A stretch of DNA of 64,000 nucleotides from an uncultured Halobacteriales archaeon (GTDB taxonomy: Archaea; Halobacteriota; Halobacteria; Halobacteriales; Hikarchaeaceae), in contig CAZEDI010000004.1 in the NCBI GenBank assembly GCA_964510865.1, forward strand, positions 249 to 64,248, given 5' to 3'. Every line of letters begins with the position of its first letter. The first letter of the stretch is position 1. Below the pieces are notes generated by a model. That model did no database searches. It saw only the letters and a program-made list of their open reading frames with translations, and had not been told where the DNA came from. Below, one piece after another: positions 41,479 to 50,883 of the stretch. The position numbers were made by a program, and so were the translations under genes.

Positions 41479-42558
41479 ATGCACGATTTCGTGGTCGTCG
41501 GCGCCGGACCGGCGGGCTCGCGATTCGCGCGGGCGGCCGCCGAGGGAGGACACGACGTGCTGGTTTTCGAGCAAGGTGAGATCGGCGAACCACTTGCGTG
41601 TTCGGGACACGTTAGCCTCGATCTCTGGGAGTACGTTCCTGAGGACGCCCGGGACACCCTCCACCAGAACACAATCTCCGGAGCCCGGTTCCACCCGGGA
41701 GGGCCCGAGACCGGATCCTATCGCTTCTATAAAGATAGAGCCGTCTCGAATGCGATCAATCGGGTCGGTCTCGATCGTGTCCTCGCGACGGCAGCTGCTG
41801 ATGCTGGCGCGGACGTCCGAGACGGGCACACAGTGACTGGCATCCACGAGTATCCCGACGAGGTAGTCGTGGAGGTCAAGGGAGCGCGCGAGATGACGGT
41901 CGAGACTCACATGGTAGTCGGGGCTGATGGTCCCCGCTCGCGCGTTCGAAGCGAGCTGGGGCTTCCGGAACCCACTGAACTCCTACATGGTGTCCTCGGA
42001 TTCGATCCCGATCCAGACCACGACAACTTCGTCGACGTCCACCTCGACGTGCCGGGCTTTTTCTCCTGGCGAATCCCCCGTGGCGAGGCTGGCGTCGAAT
42101 ACGGTCTCGCAGCTCCACCCGGGGAAGACGTCGCACGCCGGTTTGATGCCCTCGTCTCCAGCTACGGGGCTGCTATCGAACGCCGGTGCTCCGGTGCCAT
42201 TCCCATCGGCCCACCGTATTCCGTGACGAGTCACCGGGGATTCCTCCTCGGTGACGCCGCAGCGCAGACAAAACCGTTCACCGGCGGTGGCATCCTCTAT
42301 GGGATGACGGCAGCCGACATCGCCGCAACGACGATCGATCCAAGGGTCCCAGGCACGCTCACTGACTACGAAGATGCCTGGCGACGGGAACTTCGCCGCG
42401 AGCAACGTCTCGGCGGTCTCGTTCGGACCGCATACGGGTTACCCACCCCACTCCAACGACTGGGACTCTGGCTGTTCTCGGGGAAAATCGGCGTGCACAT
42501 GGATCGGCCCAGTTCGCTGTTCTCGGTCGATCAGCTCAAGGCCCTGTTTTCCCGCTAG
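41479..42558 (+). CDS. geranylgeranyl-reductase-family FAD-dependent oxidoreductase
   Basis: MHDFVVVGAGPAGSRFA dinucleotide fold. GADGPRSRVR and GDAAAQTKPFTGGGI motifs. Confidence 0.85.
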   Translation: MHDFVVVGAGPAGSRFARAAAEGGHDVLVFEQGEIGEPLACSGHVSLDLWEYVPEDARDTLHQNTISGARFHPGGPETGSYRFYKDRAVSNAINRVGLDRVLATAAADAGADVRDGHTVTGIHEYPDEVVVEVKGAREMTVETHMVVGADGPRSRVRSELGLPEPTELLHGVLGFDPDPDHDNFVDVHLDVPGFFSWRIPRGEAGVEYGLAAPPGEDVARRFDALVSSYGAAIERRCSGAIPIGPPYSVTSHRGFLLGDAAAQTKPFTGGGILYGMTAADIAATTIDPRVPGTLTDYEDAWRRELRREQRLGGLVRTAYGLPTPLQRLGLWLFSGKIGVHMDRPSSLFSVDQLKALFSR

Positions 42559-42593
42559 CCTCGATCCCGCGTACGGTGAAGAATGGACCTCTA

Positions 42594-42776
42594 TCAGGTC
42601 TTCTGATAGTAGAGGTAAAAAGCGAGAGCACCGCCCATGCCGAAGAGAAATCCGACAGTTGTGGCACGAACCAGTGGTGTGTCGAAGACCAGCCCCACGA
42701 AAAGTGCTGGAGCCATCGCCCCGAGGAAGGCGGCGACGGCCACCCGTCGAGGGTTCGGCGTGCGATCCTGCGGCAT
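42594..42776 (-). CDS. small 2-TM membrane protein
   Basis: 60 aa, two hydrophobic helices, sits alone in an intergenic gap. Confidence 0.4.
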   Translation of the reverse strand: MPQDRTPNPRRVAVAAFLGAMAPALFVGLVFDTPLVRATTVGFLFGMGGALAFYLYYQKT

Positions 42777-42827
42777 GGAGTACCCGTCGATCCCGGAGGA
42801 GAAAAAGCTAGAGGAGACGGCGTGACC

Positions 42828-43901
42828 TCAGTCGTATCGTGGAACTCTGGCCGACTGCTGGCTGCCCTCGACAAATGGGAGGTCCACCATCGCTGTGGAA
42901 ACCTCCTCTCCCGCAACTCGCACTGAGAGGTCTCCATCGACATCGTACATGACAACAGCTAACGCGATCGGACCACGATCCCGGCTCTCGACTGCACGCG
43001 TCACTTCGCCAACTGCTGTGTCACCCGCGAACACTGCTGCACTGGGCTGAGGGAGAGCGTCGGGCGCAAGGCCGACGATTCGTTCCGGGGGACGGCCACG
43101 GTTCTCGATGCGCGATACGACCTCTTGTCCAGGATAGCAGCCCTTCTCGAAATCGACTGCGTTGTCCAACCCGAGCGCGTTTGGAATACGACCGTGAAGT
43201 TCGGTCTCGAACAGTGGCGTTCCGGCCTCGAGCGTCAGCGCATTCCAGACCTCGCGACCAAACGGCACGGCGTTTCGACCATGGTTGAGGAGCGCGTCGA
43301 ACACCTCGACTGCTGACGCTCGTGCACAGATCACCTCATAGCCAACCTCGCCTGTCGGGGCGTCGGTTCGAACCACCGTAACACCCACGTCCCCGATAGA
43401 TCCTCGAACGAACGAGAGTGCCTCCTCAGGTGCACTCGCCCCGGTGAGAACGCTGGCAACCTTCTCCGTCGCCTGTGGTCCGTGCACCCCGAAGATGGCA
43501 AATGAATCCGTCGCGACGGTGAACTCTACGTCCTCGATAAAGACCTCCCAGCCCTCCGTGATCGACGCTGCTCGACCCGGCGGCGTGAACAGGAGGACGC
43601 GATCTCCGGTGGTATAGACGTAGAGATCTGCTTCGATACTCCCCTGAGGGTCGAGGAGAAGCGCATAACATCCCTCGCCGTCGGATTCGGGGACCCGATT
43701 TGTGAGGACGTCGTCTACGTACGAGATCCTGTCGTCACCCTCGACAGTGATCACGCCGTATGGCATTTCCCGGACGCCGACCCCGTTCCGTACAGCTTGA
43801 CGGGTACGGTCTGGACGACGGTACCGCTCCACGACCCGCCGCCCGCCGACATCGGCGAACGCAGCCCCGTGGTCCTCATGGATCGATTCGAGATCACTCA
43901 T
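42828..43901 (-). CDS. aminomethyltransferase-fold (GcvT/YgfZ-like) folate-binding protein
   Basis: MSDLESIHEDHGA...GVITVEGDDRISYVDDVLTNRVP...FEKGCYPGQEVVSRIENRG. Confidence 0.8.
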   Translation of the reverse strand: MSDLESIHEDHGAAFADVGGRRVVERYRRPDRTRQAVRNGVGVREMPYGVITVEGDDRISYVDDVLTNRVPESDGEGCYALLLDPQGSIEADLYVYTTGDRVLLFTPPGRAASITEGWEVFIEDVEFTVATDSFAIFGVHGPQATEKVASVLTGASAPEEALSFVRGSIGDVGVTVVRTDAPTGEVGYEVICARASAVEVFDALLNHGRNAVPFGREVWNALTLEAGTPLFETELHGRIPNALGLDNAVDFEKGCYPGQEVVSRIENRGRPPERIVGLAPDALPQPSAAVFAGDTAVGEVTRAVESRDRGPIALAVVMYDVDGDLSVRVAGEEVSTAMVDLPFVEGSQQSARVPRYD

Positions 43902-43949
43902 GTTCTGTCGGTGACTTACCTTGGCCGGCGAATAAGCCCACCCCTTCAC

Positions 43950-44246
43950 TTAGAAGGGAAATCGATTGCGGAGTTTGTCGACCAGGGATTCTTCGTTCCG
44001 ATCCCCCTCATCCTCCGGAACGACACGGTCTGCAGGCGTGAGGACCGCGCTATCAGTTCCTTCCTCGACCTCGATGAGACCGTCATCCTTGAGGTCGGTC
44101 AGTGCCGTCTCGATAGTGTCGATGTCCGCGTCCACGGAAGCCCGTAGCTCGAGGACGGTCATGCCCTCATCGCCCCGTTCGACGAGCGCGTCGAGCACCG
44201 CTACTTCGACCGTTCCGCGGTCACGGTACTCGCCCTTCGCGTCCAT
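43950..44246 (-). CDS. small acidic winged-helix-like protein
   Basis: VAVLDALVERGDEGMTVLELRASVDADIDTIETALTDLKDDGLIEV. Stop-to-start adjacency with the upstream gene on the same strand. Confidence 0.6.
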   Translation of the reverse strand: MDAKGEYRDRGTVEVAVLDALVERGDEGMTVLELRASVDADIDTIETALTDLKDDGLIEVEEGTDSAVLTPADRVVPEDEGDRNEESLVDKLRNRFPF

Positions 44247-44412
44247 ACGGCGTCGTTCGCCGTCCCGATCCTTATACTAGTCGCCCGAGATGGGTCGGGG
44301 GAACGCTCTTGCGAATCGCAGAGTATCCGTCCTCTGTGAAGATTGGCGCGATGTATGCGGCGCGTCAGACACAGGGGCAGGCTTTTTGCCATACAGCAGG
44401 AACACCTCTCCA

Positions 44413-45255
44413 ATGAGCCTCAGGTGTCTCATCGGGCACAATTTCGACCCGCCGGAGACCGAACACGAACGCGAAGAGCGTGGCGCCGAAGTAGTCGTCA
44501 CCGTGCGCGAGTTCAAAGCGTGCAGCCGGTGTGGTGAACGACAGATCATCTCGGAAAATAAAGAAGTCCGAACCACATCAACGCCACAGTCAGATACGCC
44601 GGATACGGCCGAAATCTCGCCAACAGCCGATCCTGTTTCACCTCCGACGGAGGATGCACATCACGAGGACGTGACCGCAGCCGAAGACGACGGTATCATT
44701 CTGCCCGACGAGGAGCCCGACGAGCGACGCGAGGGGGAGTGGCCAGAAGACGAGGAAGAACCAGAGGAGTCGGATGTCGAACCAGCTGCGTGGCCGGACA
44801 GCGGTCAAGACCCGTCTCCGGAACCAGAACCGTCAACCACAGCAGCGTGGCCTGAACGAGAGGATATCGAGGAACGGCCGTCCGATGCAGGGGAAGGACG
44901 TCCGTGGCCTATCGCCGACGGAGAAGACGAGGGATTCGATGCCGTGGCTGGTGATGACGCATCCGTCGAGGACGTCGAGTTCGGCGGGGGCCTCACCCCA
45001 CAGCGAACAGACGAGACGAACACAGGAGCTGAGTCGTCGACGTCAGACGACAGCGATACTGCCGAGATTGCACCCGCGGGTATCACGAGCGTGTCACCCG
45101 GACCCGAACCGACAGGTCCCCAGCTATCGGAAGCGAGTGGGGGTTCGCTGCTTGTCTGTCCCGAGTGTGACCACGAAGCCTCTGGCGAAGTAACGTCGCA
45201 CCGTCCGGGAGATATCTGCCCGGAGTGTCGCCGGGGCTACCTCACCGAAAAATAG
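44413..45255 (+). CDS. highly acidic low-complexity protein bracketed by N- and C-terminal zinc-ribbon motifs
   Basis: MSLRCLIGHNF...CSRCGERQ at the N-terminus. LVCPECDHE...ICPECRRGY at the C-terminus. About 200 aa of Asp/Glu/Pro-rich linker. Confidence 0.6.
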   Translation: MSLRCLIGHNFDPPETEHEREERGAEVVVTVREFKACSRCGERQIISENKEVRTTSTPQSDTPDTAEISPTADPVSPPTEDAHHEDVTAAEDDGIILPDEEPDERREGEWPEDEEEPEESDVEPAAWPDSGQDPSPEPEPSTTAAWPEREDIEERPSDAGEGRPWPIADGEDEGFDAVAGDDASVEDVEFGGGLTPQRTDETNTGAESSTSDDSDTAEIAPAGITSVSPGPEPTGPQLSEASGGSLLVCPECDHEASGEVTSHRPGDICPECRRGYLTEK

Positions 45256-45366
45256 GACTGCGGGCATTCCGGCCGGCGCCAGTTCGGGTGAGCAGCTGTA
45301 CGATCATTCCTATCTGGACGAGTCGAGGGCGAAACAGGTAAACCGCTTTCCGGACAACCCCGGGGC

Positions 45367-45747
45367 ATGAAGGAGTACAAGATGCGCAGGGGAGAATATC
45401 TTGAAGACCGTATTCCGGACCTGAAAGGAACGATCGAGGAATACTTTGGTCCCGTTTCGGGGGCAGAAGACTACAAGGGAAGTGATCTCTACGTCATCAC
45501 CGAACCCTCGAACCCTGTATTCGAGCGCATTGTTGTCGGAGCCGTCTCCTATGACGGGAAGAAAGACACGCTAGCTGTCGATTTCGTGGAGGCAGATCCG
45601 ACGGAGCTCTCCCCGGACGAACTCGAGACCGCAGGGGAGGCTGTTTCCCTCAAAAACGAGTTCCTGTTGGAAGCGACGGGCCGGGATGCCAAGTCACGCC
45701 GAGAGTCGATGAAGCGCGCCGTCGAAGACGAGTCTCCTGACTTCTAG
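45367..45747 (+). CDS. conserved-looking acidic cytoplasmic protein, function unknown
   Basis: 126 aa, halophile-type composition, clean ORF with no competing frame. Confidence 0.65.
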   Translation: MKEYKMRRGEYLEDRIPDLKGTIEEYFGPVSGAEDYKGSDLYVITEPSNPVFERIVVGAVSYDGKKDTLAVDFVEADPTELSPDELETAGEAVSLKNEFLLEATGRDAKSRRESMKRAVEDESPDF

Positions 45748-45817
45748 ACCTATACGGACATCCTGAGTCGAAAATCCGCGACGAGCTACATTCACCGACG
45801 AGTAGCGATAGATCCGA

Positions 45818-46174
45818 CTACTGGTCTTGACCGAGCTTTCGACGGCTGATCCCCACGCCTGACGGTGTGACGATTAGCTGGTCGTCCCCTTTCTGGACGA
45901 TATCGCCTCCGACCTCTCGGGCAACCTGTCGAAGCTCGTCGGTGACACGCTCGACTGTCTGGTCCCCCGTGCGTAGGCGGGTGATGTCCGCGACGACGAG
46001 ATCCCCGTCGTAGACTGCATCCTTGATCGCGATCACGTCTTCTTGATCGCTGATCTCGGCAACGTGGACCTGCATCGTCGTTGCGCTAGTCGTCTCGACG
46101 TCGTCGATATCGAGTTCGACGTACTCGTCGGTGCTCCGCGACTCGCCGCCGAGGATCCGCTCCATGAAGCCCAT
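45818..46174 (-). CDS. sepF: cell division protein SepF
   Basis: MGFMERILGG...EYVELDIDD...VHVAEISDQEDVIAIKDAVYDGDLVVADITR...LRQVAREVGGDIVQKGDDQLIVTPSGVGISR closely resembles the haloarchaeal SepF pattern. Confidence 0.9.
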   Translation of the reverse strand: MGFMERILGGESRSTDEYVELDIDDVETTSATTMQVHVAEISDQEDVIAIKDAVYDGDLVVADITRLRTGDQTVERVTDELRQVAREVGGDIVQKGDDQLIVTPSGVGISRRKLGQDQ

Positions 46175-46319
46175 TTTCTGGTAGAAATGCCGGTCGGTAC
46201 GGGCATAGTTCTTGCGTCTGACGACGTTTCCAGCGGCCGATAGAAGAAATGGATTACTGTAATCCGGTCGAGCGGTCCCGACGATCCCCGCAGTCGACCG
46301 AGTCAACGGATATTCGCCG

Positions 46320-48677
46320 TTATTGTGATTGCATCTCCTTCGTTTCTGTTGTCTCGTTTAACTCCTCGTCCTGTACGATCAGGTCGATCTTGTAGGTCGT
46401 GTGATGGCTGTCATCGGAGAGCAGGTCGTCCGAACCTGAAGCACTACTTCCGCTGACGTCGGTCGTCGAGCTGTCGTGAATACGCCCGTCGTGGCGGATC
46501 TGTGTCGTCACCTGATTGAGGTCGCCTTCATTGTCCGAGACTGCCCAGTCTACGCCGAACTTTGCTTGATTCGGATTGCTGTTGTTCTGGACGTCGAACT
46601 GGTCGATGATCGGTGCGCCTGTACCCTCTGCGGCCGTGGTGACGGACACCGTATTGCTCATCCCCGACTCGTTGTCGGCACCGTCGACTGCAGTCACTTC
46701 GAAGTCGTACGTCGTGCTGGGCGACAATCCACGGACGGTCGTCTCAGTTTTCATCGGGTCGATCACCTCTTTCACCTTTGTCCCATCCTGGTAGACGTGG
46801 TACTGATCGATGCCCGTCGCGTTGTCCGTCGATGGGTCCCAGTCGAGGTCGACCGAATCATCAGAGTGGTTCGGCGAGGTGAGGTTCTGGGGTGTCGATG
46901 GTGCGGTGGCGTCACTCGGTCGGCCGTTCCGGACGAACCGGAACCGCTCGATGTCGGCAACTCCCGATCCGCCGACGAACCGGAGGTAAACGTCGTGGAC
47001 ATTTGACGCAGATGAGACAGCAATGGCTTGTCGCGAGAACGTGTCGTACCCGCCCGTGTCCTCGACCGTGAGGGTGCCGAGAAGCGTTCCGCTCGGACCG
47101 TCAAGCCGTACCTCAACGTCATTTCCGGGAGAGCCACTCGACAGAATCGCTTCGAACCGGTCTACACCGTCGCCGAAGTCGATACCCGCATACTTCGCCC
47201 AGTCGCCGTCGTCCGCGCTGGTGAGCACGCTACCACTGGCGTCGACGCCCGAACCGTCGTCAATGTGCTCCGCCTGGATGACATCAGTCGCGGAAACTCC
47301 AGAAGTATCCATCTGGACCGTAATACTCCTCGTGTGCGTAGGATCACGAACGGTAACGTACTTGGCCCCACGTTCGCCGTTGCCGCGGGCTGTGATCTGG
47401 TAGGTTCCGAGGAACGCATTCGTCGAGTACGAGCCACTCCCGTCGGTGGACCCCGACGTGTTCGTCCACCACTGGTTGAAGAGCAGGTCAATGTAGTTGT
47501 AATAGCCGGGTTTCTTCGTCCAATCGGTTTCGAAGAGCGGTGCTTGGTCCTGCCAGTGACGGCCGCTATAGAAGCCCCACATCTGGAATCCAACGGTGGC
47601 GGGATGACTGTAGATCACCTTCATGAACTTATAGAGATAGTCACCGGCGTGGTTGTCGTTGTTCATATCAGCAGTATCGTACTCCAAAATCTGAATGGGG
47701 TGCTCGTCGATGGCGTGGAATTCGTCGAGAATAGACAATAGCGTACTCGCGTCCTGCTCGGGACGCGAGCCCCAGTGGTGACCCTGCATCCCGATCGCGT
47801 CAAGCGGGGCGTCGTTATCGACGAGGTGATTGATGAAGGTCTTGTAGTTGTCGTTGCCATCCTGGTTGATGACGTTGTAATCGTTCGTGTAGAGATCCGC
47901 GTGACCCGCTTCCGACGCTGCTTCCTCGAACCAGCGGAGTGACTCCGTTGGCTGATACTGCGGGTCCTCTTCGTTGATCTCGTCCGTCACGGCGGTCTCG
48001 TGTGACGGCTCGTTCTGAACACAGAACTCAGTAAACCCGACCGTGTCGGCCCAGTAACTCGTGAAATCCCGTTGACGTTGACGGGTCTCGTCCTGCAAAT
48101 ACTGATCATCCGGGTTGTCCTTATTCAACTCATCCACGATCCGCTGTGGGAGCGAAAAGTCAGTGTGCTGCCAGATGTTCGTGTGGCCGTGGATGTTGAG
48201 ACCTCGGTCGATCAGCCAGTTGATGGTATCTATCGCTTCCTGCTGGTCGTCATCCTCCCACTCGTTTTCCCAGGGTGCCCACTTGTTTCGATTCTCAAGT
48301 TGGGACTTGTTGAACAGATCTCGAAGGAACCGTCGGTAGTTCCCGCCGGGACTCGTCTGATCGATGAAATACTGCGCATTCGCTGCCGATCCGAATCCGA
48401 ACTCGTGCTCGACCATCGCGACGTCGACGTCAGCGTTGGAGACCGCGTTGCCCGAGGAATCGAGGACAGTTACGTCGATATCAGTCGTTCTGTACTGCTG
48501 GATCCGATTATCTGCGTCTGCCTCCCAGGCAGAGGCGAGGCCGGTGAACGCGCCCAACCCAGCGAGCCCGATGGCCGCCGGTATTGCCTTGAGCGCAGTC
48601 CGTCGCTCGATGGGGAGATACCCCTTCGAGTCATCATCAGTCGGTTCAGCGTCCGCTGTATGGTTATTGTCACTCAT
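46320..48677 (-). CDS. Tat-secreted GH10 endo-beta-1,4-xylanase with CBM6-like, FN3 and a C-terminal shared module
   Basis: RRTALKAIPAAIGLAGLGAFTGLASA. GH10 motifs LENRNKW, GHTNIW, VQNEP (acid/base Glu), TNDYNV, GMQGHH, ILEYD (nucleophile Glu). CBM-like IQAEHIDDGSG...RFRFV. FN3 PSTPQNLTS...YDFEVTAVDGADNES. Start at MSDNNH (48677). Confidence 0.85.
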   Translation of the reverse strand: MSDNNHTADAEPTDDDSKGYLPIERRTALKAIPAAIGLAGLGAFTGLASAWEADADNRIQQYRTTDIDVTVLDSSGNAVSNADVDVAMVEHEFGFGSAANAQYFIDQTSPGGNYRRFLRDLFNKSQLENRNKWAPWENEWEDDDQQEAIDTINWLIDRGLNIHGHTNIWQHTDFSLPQRIVDELNKDNPDDQYLQDETRQRQRDFTSYWADTVGFTEFCVQNEPSHETAVTDEINEEDPQYQPTESLRWFEEAASEAGHADLYTNDYNVINQDGNDNYKTFINHLVDNDAPLDAIGMQGHHWGSRPEQDASTLLSILDEFHAIDEHPIQILEYDTADMNNDNHAGDYLYKFMKVIYSHPATVGFQMWGFYSGRHWQDQAPLFETDWTKKPGYYNYIDLLFNQWWTNTSGSTDGSGSYSTNAFLGTYQITARGNGERGAKYVTVRDPTHTRSITVQMDTSGVSATDVIQAEHIDDGSGVDASGSVLTSADDGDWAKYAGIDFGDGVDRFEAILSSGSPGNDVEVRLDGPSGTLLGTLTVEDTGGYDTFSRQAIAVSSASNVHDVYLRFVGGSGVADIERFRFVRNGRPSDATAPSTPQNLTSPNHSDDSVDLDWDPSTDNATGIDQYHVYQDGTKVKEVIDPMKTETTVRGLSPSTTYDFEVTAVDGADNESGMSNTVSVTTAAEGTGAPIIDQFDVQNNSNPNQAKFGVDWAVSDNEGDLNQVTTQIRHDGRIHDSSTTDVSGSSASGSDDLLSDDSHHTTYKIDLIVQDEELNETTETKEMQSQ
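46323..46619 (-). other. 99-aa C-terminal module of the xylanase, homologous to the protease tandem modules
   Basis: GAPIIDQFDVQNNSNPNQAKFGVDWAVSDNEGDLNQV aligns with the protease third module APVIDQFDLTDTSNPHWARVEVDWGVSDVDNDLSAV. Confidence 0.7.
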
Positions 48678-49150
48678 AGTAGGTACTCTATCGCCGGTGT
48701 AGCGCACGACCGGAGTATCCGCCGTCAGGGTCGTGCTAACACACGGCGGAGTCTAGAAACAAAATCATACGATATAAGCCTAATTATTTCACGACTAGAT
48801 AAAGGATCTCACTGGAGTAATCATCAAATGAAAACGTAATTATGATCGAATTAATCCTTTAAAAGTTGTAGGTAATATTGACTAATTCGACAATCTTTTC
48901 AGTATAGATAAGGATGTATTCGGTGAAACGATTGAAACAGTAGAGGACGAACATGACCACGCGAGTTTGGGCAACCAGAGTGTACTGATGACGGACGCTA
49001 CATACACACGCGTTAGTCAGGATAGATCACGTTTTCAGGACATGGTGTGTTGTAGTTCGAGGGCTGTGGTACCTCATTACAGCTCTCTGTCGGGAGACAA
49101 CCAGCCTTATGAGGGGGAACTATGTGGCTCGCGGGCGAGTTATCCAACCC
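48678..49150. promoter_or_regulatory. about 470-bp non-coding, partly very AT-rich divergent region between the xylanase and DUF1028 genes
   Basis: GC collapses between about 48760 and 48950. No convincing ORF. Confidence 0.4.
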
Positions 49151-49858
49151 GTGACATTCAGTATATGCGTCCGCGAGTCCTATCAGGACGCCGATGGCGA
49201 TGAGCAGATGCGCTTTGGTGTCGCCGTCACAACGAGGCTTCCGGCTGTCGGCTCATTATGTCCATTTGCAAATGAACACGGCGCGATCGCGACACAGAGT
49301 CTCGTAAACGTCGATCTCGGGGAGCGTGGGATCGAATACCTCGCCGAGGGGCTAGCCATCGAAGACGCCCTTCAAGCACTACTCAACGTGGACGATGGAA
49401 GTACCGAGCGACAAGTCCACGGTGTCGATGCGAACGGCGAGTTTGCGTTCTCCGGAGACGACTGCAACCCGTGGTTCGGCCACCGAGTCGGCCTAAATTA
49501 CACGGTGGCTGGCAACCTGCTCACTGGCGAAGACGTACTCGACGCAACAGAACGGGCCTATGAGCAACGGGCAGCGGATGGGGTGCATATGACCGAGGCT
49601 GCACCGCTCCCCGAGCGACTGATCGATGCACTCGAGGCAGGCCACGACGCCGGGGGAGACAAACGCGAGGAGCTCAGTATCCAGAGCGCCGCACTACTTG
49701 TCACGACCACCGAAGACCGGGAGGTCGACCCATATTACGAGGATCTCCGGGTTGATGCGACGGAACAGCCAGTCGCCGACCTGAGAGAAACCTATGAGAC
49801 CGCAAAGCGGGGCTTCGAGCAAGCGCTCGAACGCCACGATGCGAAAACCGAGGAGTGA
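49151..49858 (+). CDS. DUF1028-family (Ntn-hydrolase fold) protein
   Basis: (V)TFSICV N-terminus typical of the family (GTG 49151, in frame with the track ORF 49109). GVAVTTRLPAVGSLCPFA...AIATQS. Confidence 0.75.
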   Translation: MTFSICVRESYQDADGDEQMRFGVAVTTRLPAVGSLCPFANEHGAIATQSLVNVDLGERGIEYLAEGLAIEDALQALLNVDDGSTERQVHGVDANGEFAFSGDDCNPWFGHRVGLNYTVAGNLLTGEDVLDATERAYEQRAADGVHMTEAAPLPERLIDALEAGHDAGGDKREELSIQSAALLVTTTEDREVDPYYEDLRVDATEQPVADLRETYETAKRGFEQALERHDAKTEE

Positions 49859-49864
49859 GTCCAA

Positions 49865-50344
49865 CTAGACGTCGAACTCGTAGAGGTCATCCCCGACGTG
49901 GTGAATCGAATCGACAACCTTCCCCGAGTCACCGAGCATGTCATCGCCAGCAGTTCTCGCCCGACCAATCGCGAGGATCTTTCCATGCGTCTCCTCCGCC
50001 ACGAGAACCAGGTCTCCCGACGAAATTCCCTCATCAGCGTCAACAATTCCGGGTCGCATCACATCGGCTCCGTCGGAGACAAAAGAGACTGCTCCCGCGT
50101 CGACAGTGACCACGCCAGCGGTTGGGGGAGAGACGTTCGCCCCACGGACTGTCGGCGCGGGTTCATCATTGATGAAGCATGCGAGCGGTTTACCATCAAC
50201 AAGCACCAGATCGATTTCGATCCCGTCGATGTCGACGAGTTCGTATGCATCCCCATCAAGATCGATGCCAAATTTGGAGAGGAGAGTATCTTCTAACCCC
50301 CGAACCCGGTCGCTTCGGAGATGGTGCCGTGAACTGATCTCCAT
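49865..50344 (-). CDS. PUA-domain RNA-binding protein
   Basis: C-terminal GADVMRPGIV...GDLVLV...GKILAIGRA PUA signature. Start at MEISSRHH. Confidence 0.75.
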   Translation of the reverse strand: MEISSRHHLRSDRVRGLEDTLLSKFGIDLDGDAYELVDIDGIEIDLVLVDGKPLACFINDEPAPTVRGANVSPPTAGVVTVDAGAVSFVSDGADVMRPGIVDADEGISSGDLVLVAEETHGKILAIGRARTAGDDMLGDSGKVVDSIHHVGDDLYEFDV

Positions 50345-50487
50345 GAGTGAACGGTGAGGGACGCCGCGAGTTAAAGCGCCCGTTCGTGTCTCGCCACGTC
50401 CGTGGCCGACAGTCGTCTGCGGCATGTCTGACAACGGTGGTGTCCCTCCCGGCAAGGGCTAAGTGGCTTGCCGTGGTCTATTCTAGT

Positions 50488-50763
50488 ATGCCCGTCGACG
50501 CTTCCGATGCGGTCACGTGCGTCGCGTGTGGTCGAGAGCTACCGCGCGTCGATGCTCGGGAGTACGACAAACATGGTGACCGATGGGAGCGCCGCGGAAA
50601 GGACTTCGAACACCTCTGTAAAACATGCCACGAACAACTGTGTCACCAGAACCGAGCCGGCCTCGAAGACCTCCTGGTGGACATCGGCGCAGGAACCCAC
50701 GATGACGGGGAATTCCTTCGGCGGTATGTGCAGGCAGTCGAAGACGGCGAAGAAGTAGAGTAA
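50488..50763 (+). CDS. small zinc-finger protein
   Basis: VTCVACGRE ... HLCKTCHEQLCH. 91 aa from the ATG at 50488. Confidence 0.55.
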   Translation: MPVDASDAVTCVACGRELPRVDAREYDKHGDRWERRGKDFEHLCKTCHEQLCHQNRAGLEDLLVDIGAGTHDDGEFLRRYVQAVEDGEEVE

Positions 50764-50883
50764 CTCATCAGTTGACGTCTGTCCGTCGGGATCATTGCCC
50801 GACACTGAATAGTACGGGAGGTCCTCCCTGACGGAGTACGGTTGTCCACGAATTTCACGTCAGTTCGTTCGTCGAACCGGCGA

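Noticed and set aside
46320-46619. The xylanase and protease C-terminal modules as PGF-CTERM or other membrane anchors
   Set aside because: Neither has a terminal hydrophobic helix or basic tail. The modules are acidic and globular-looking.
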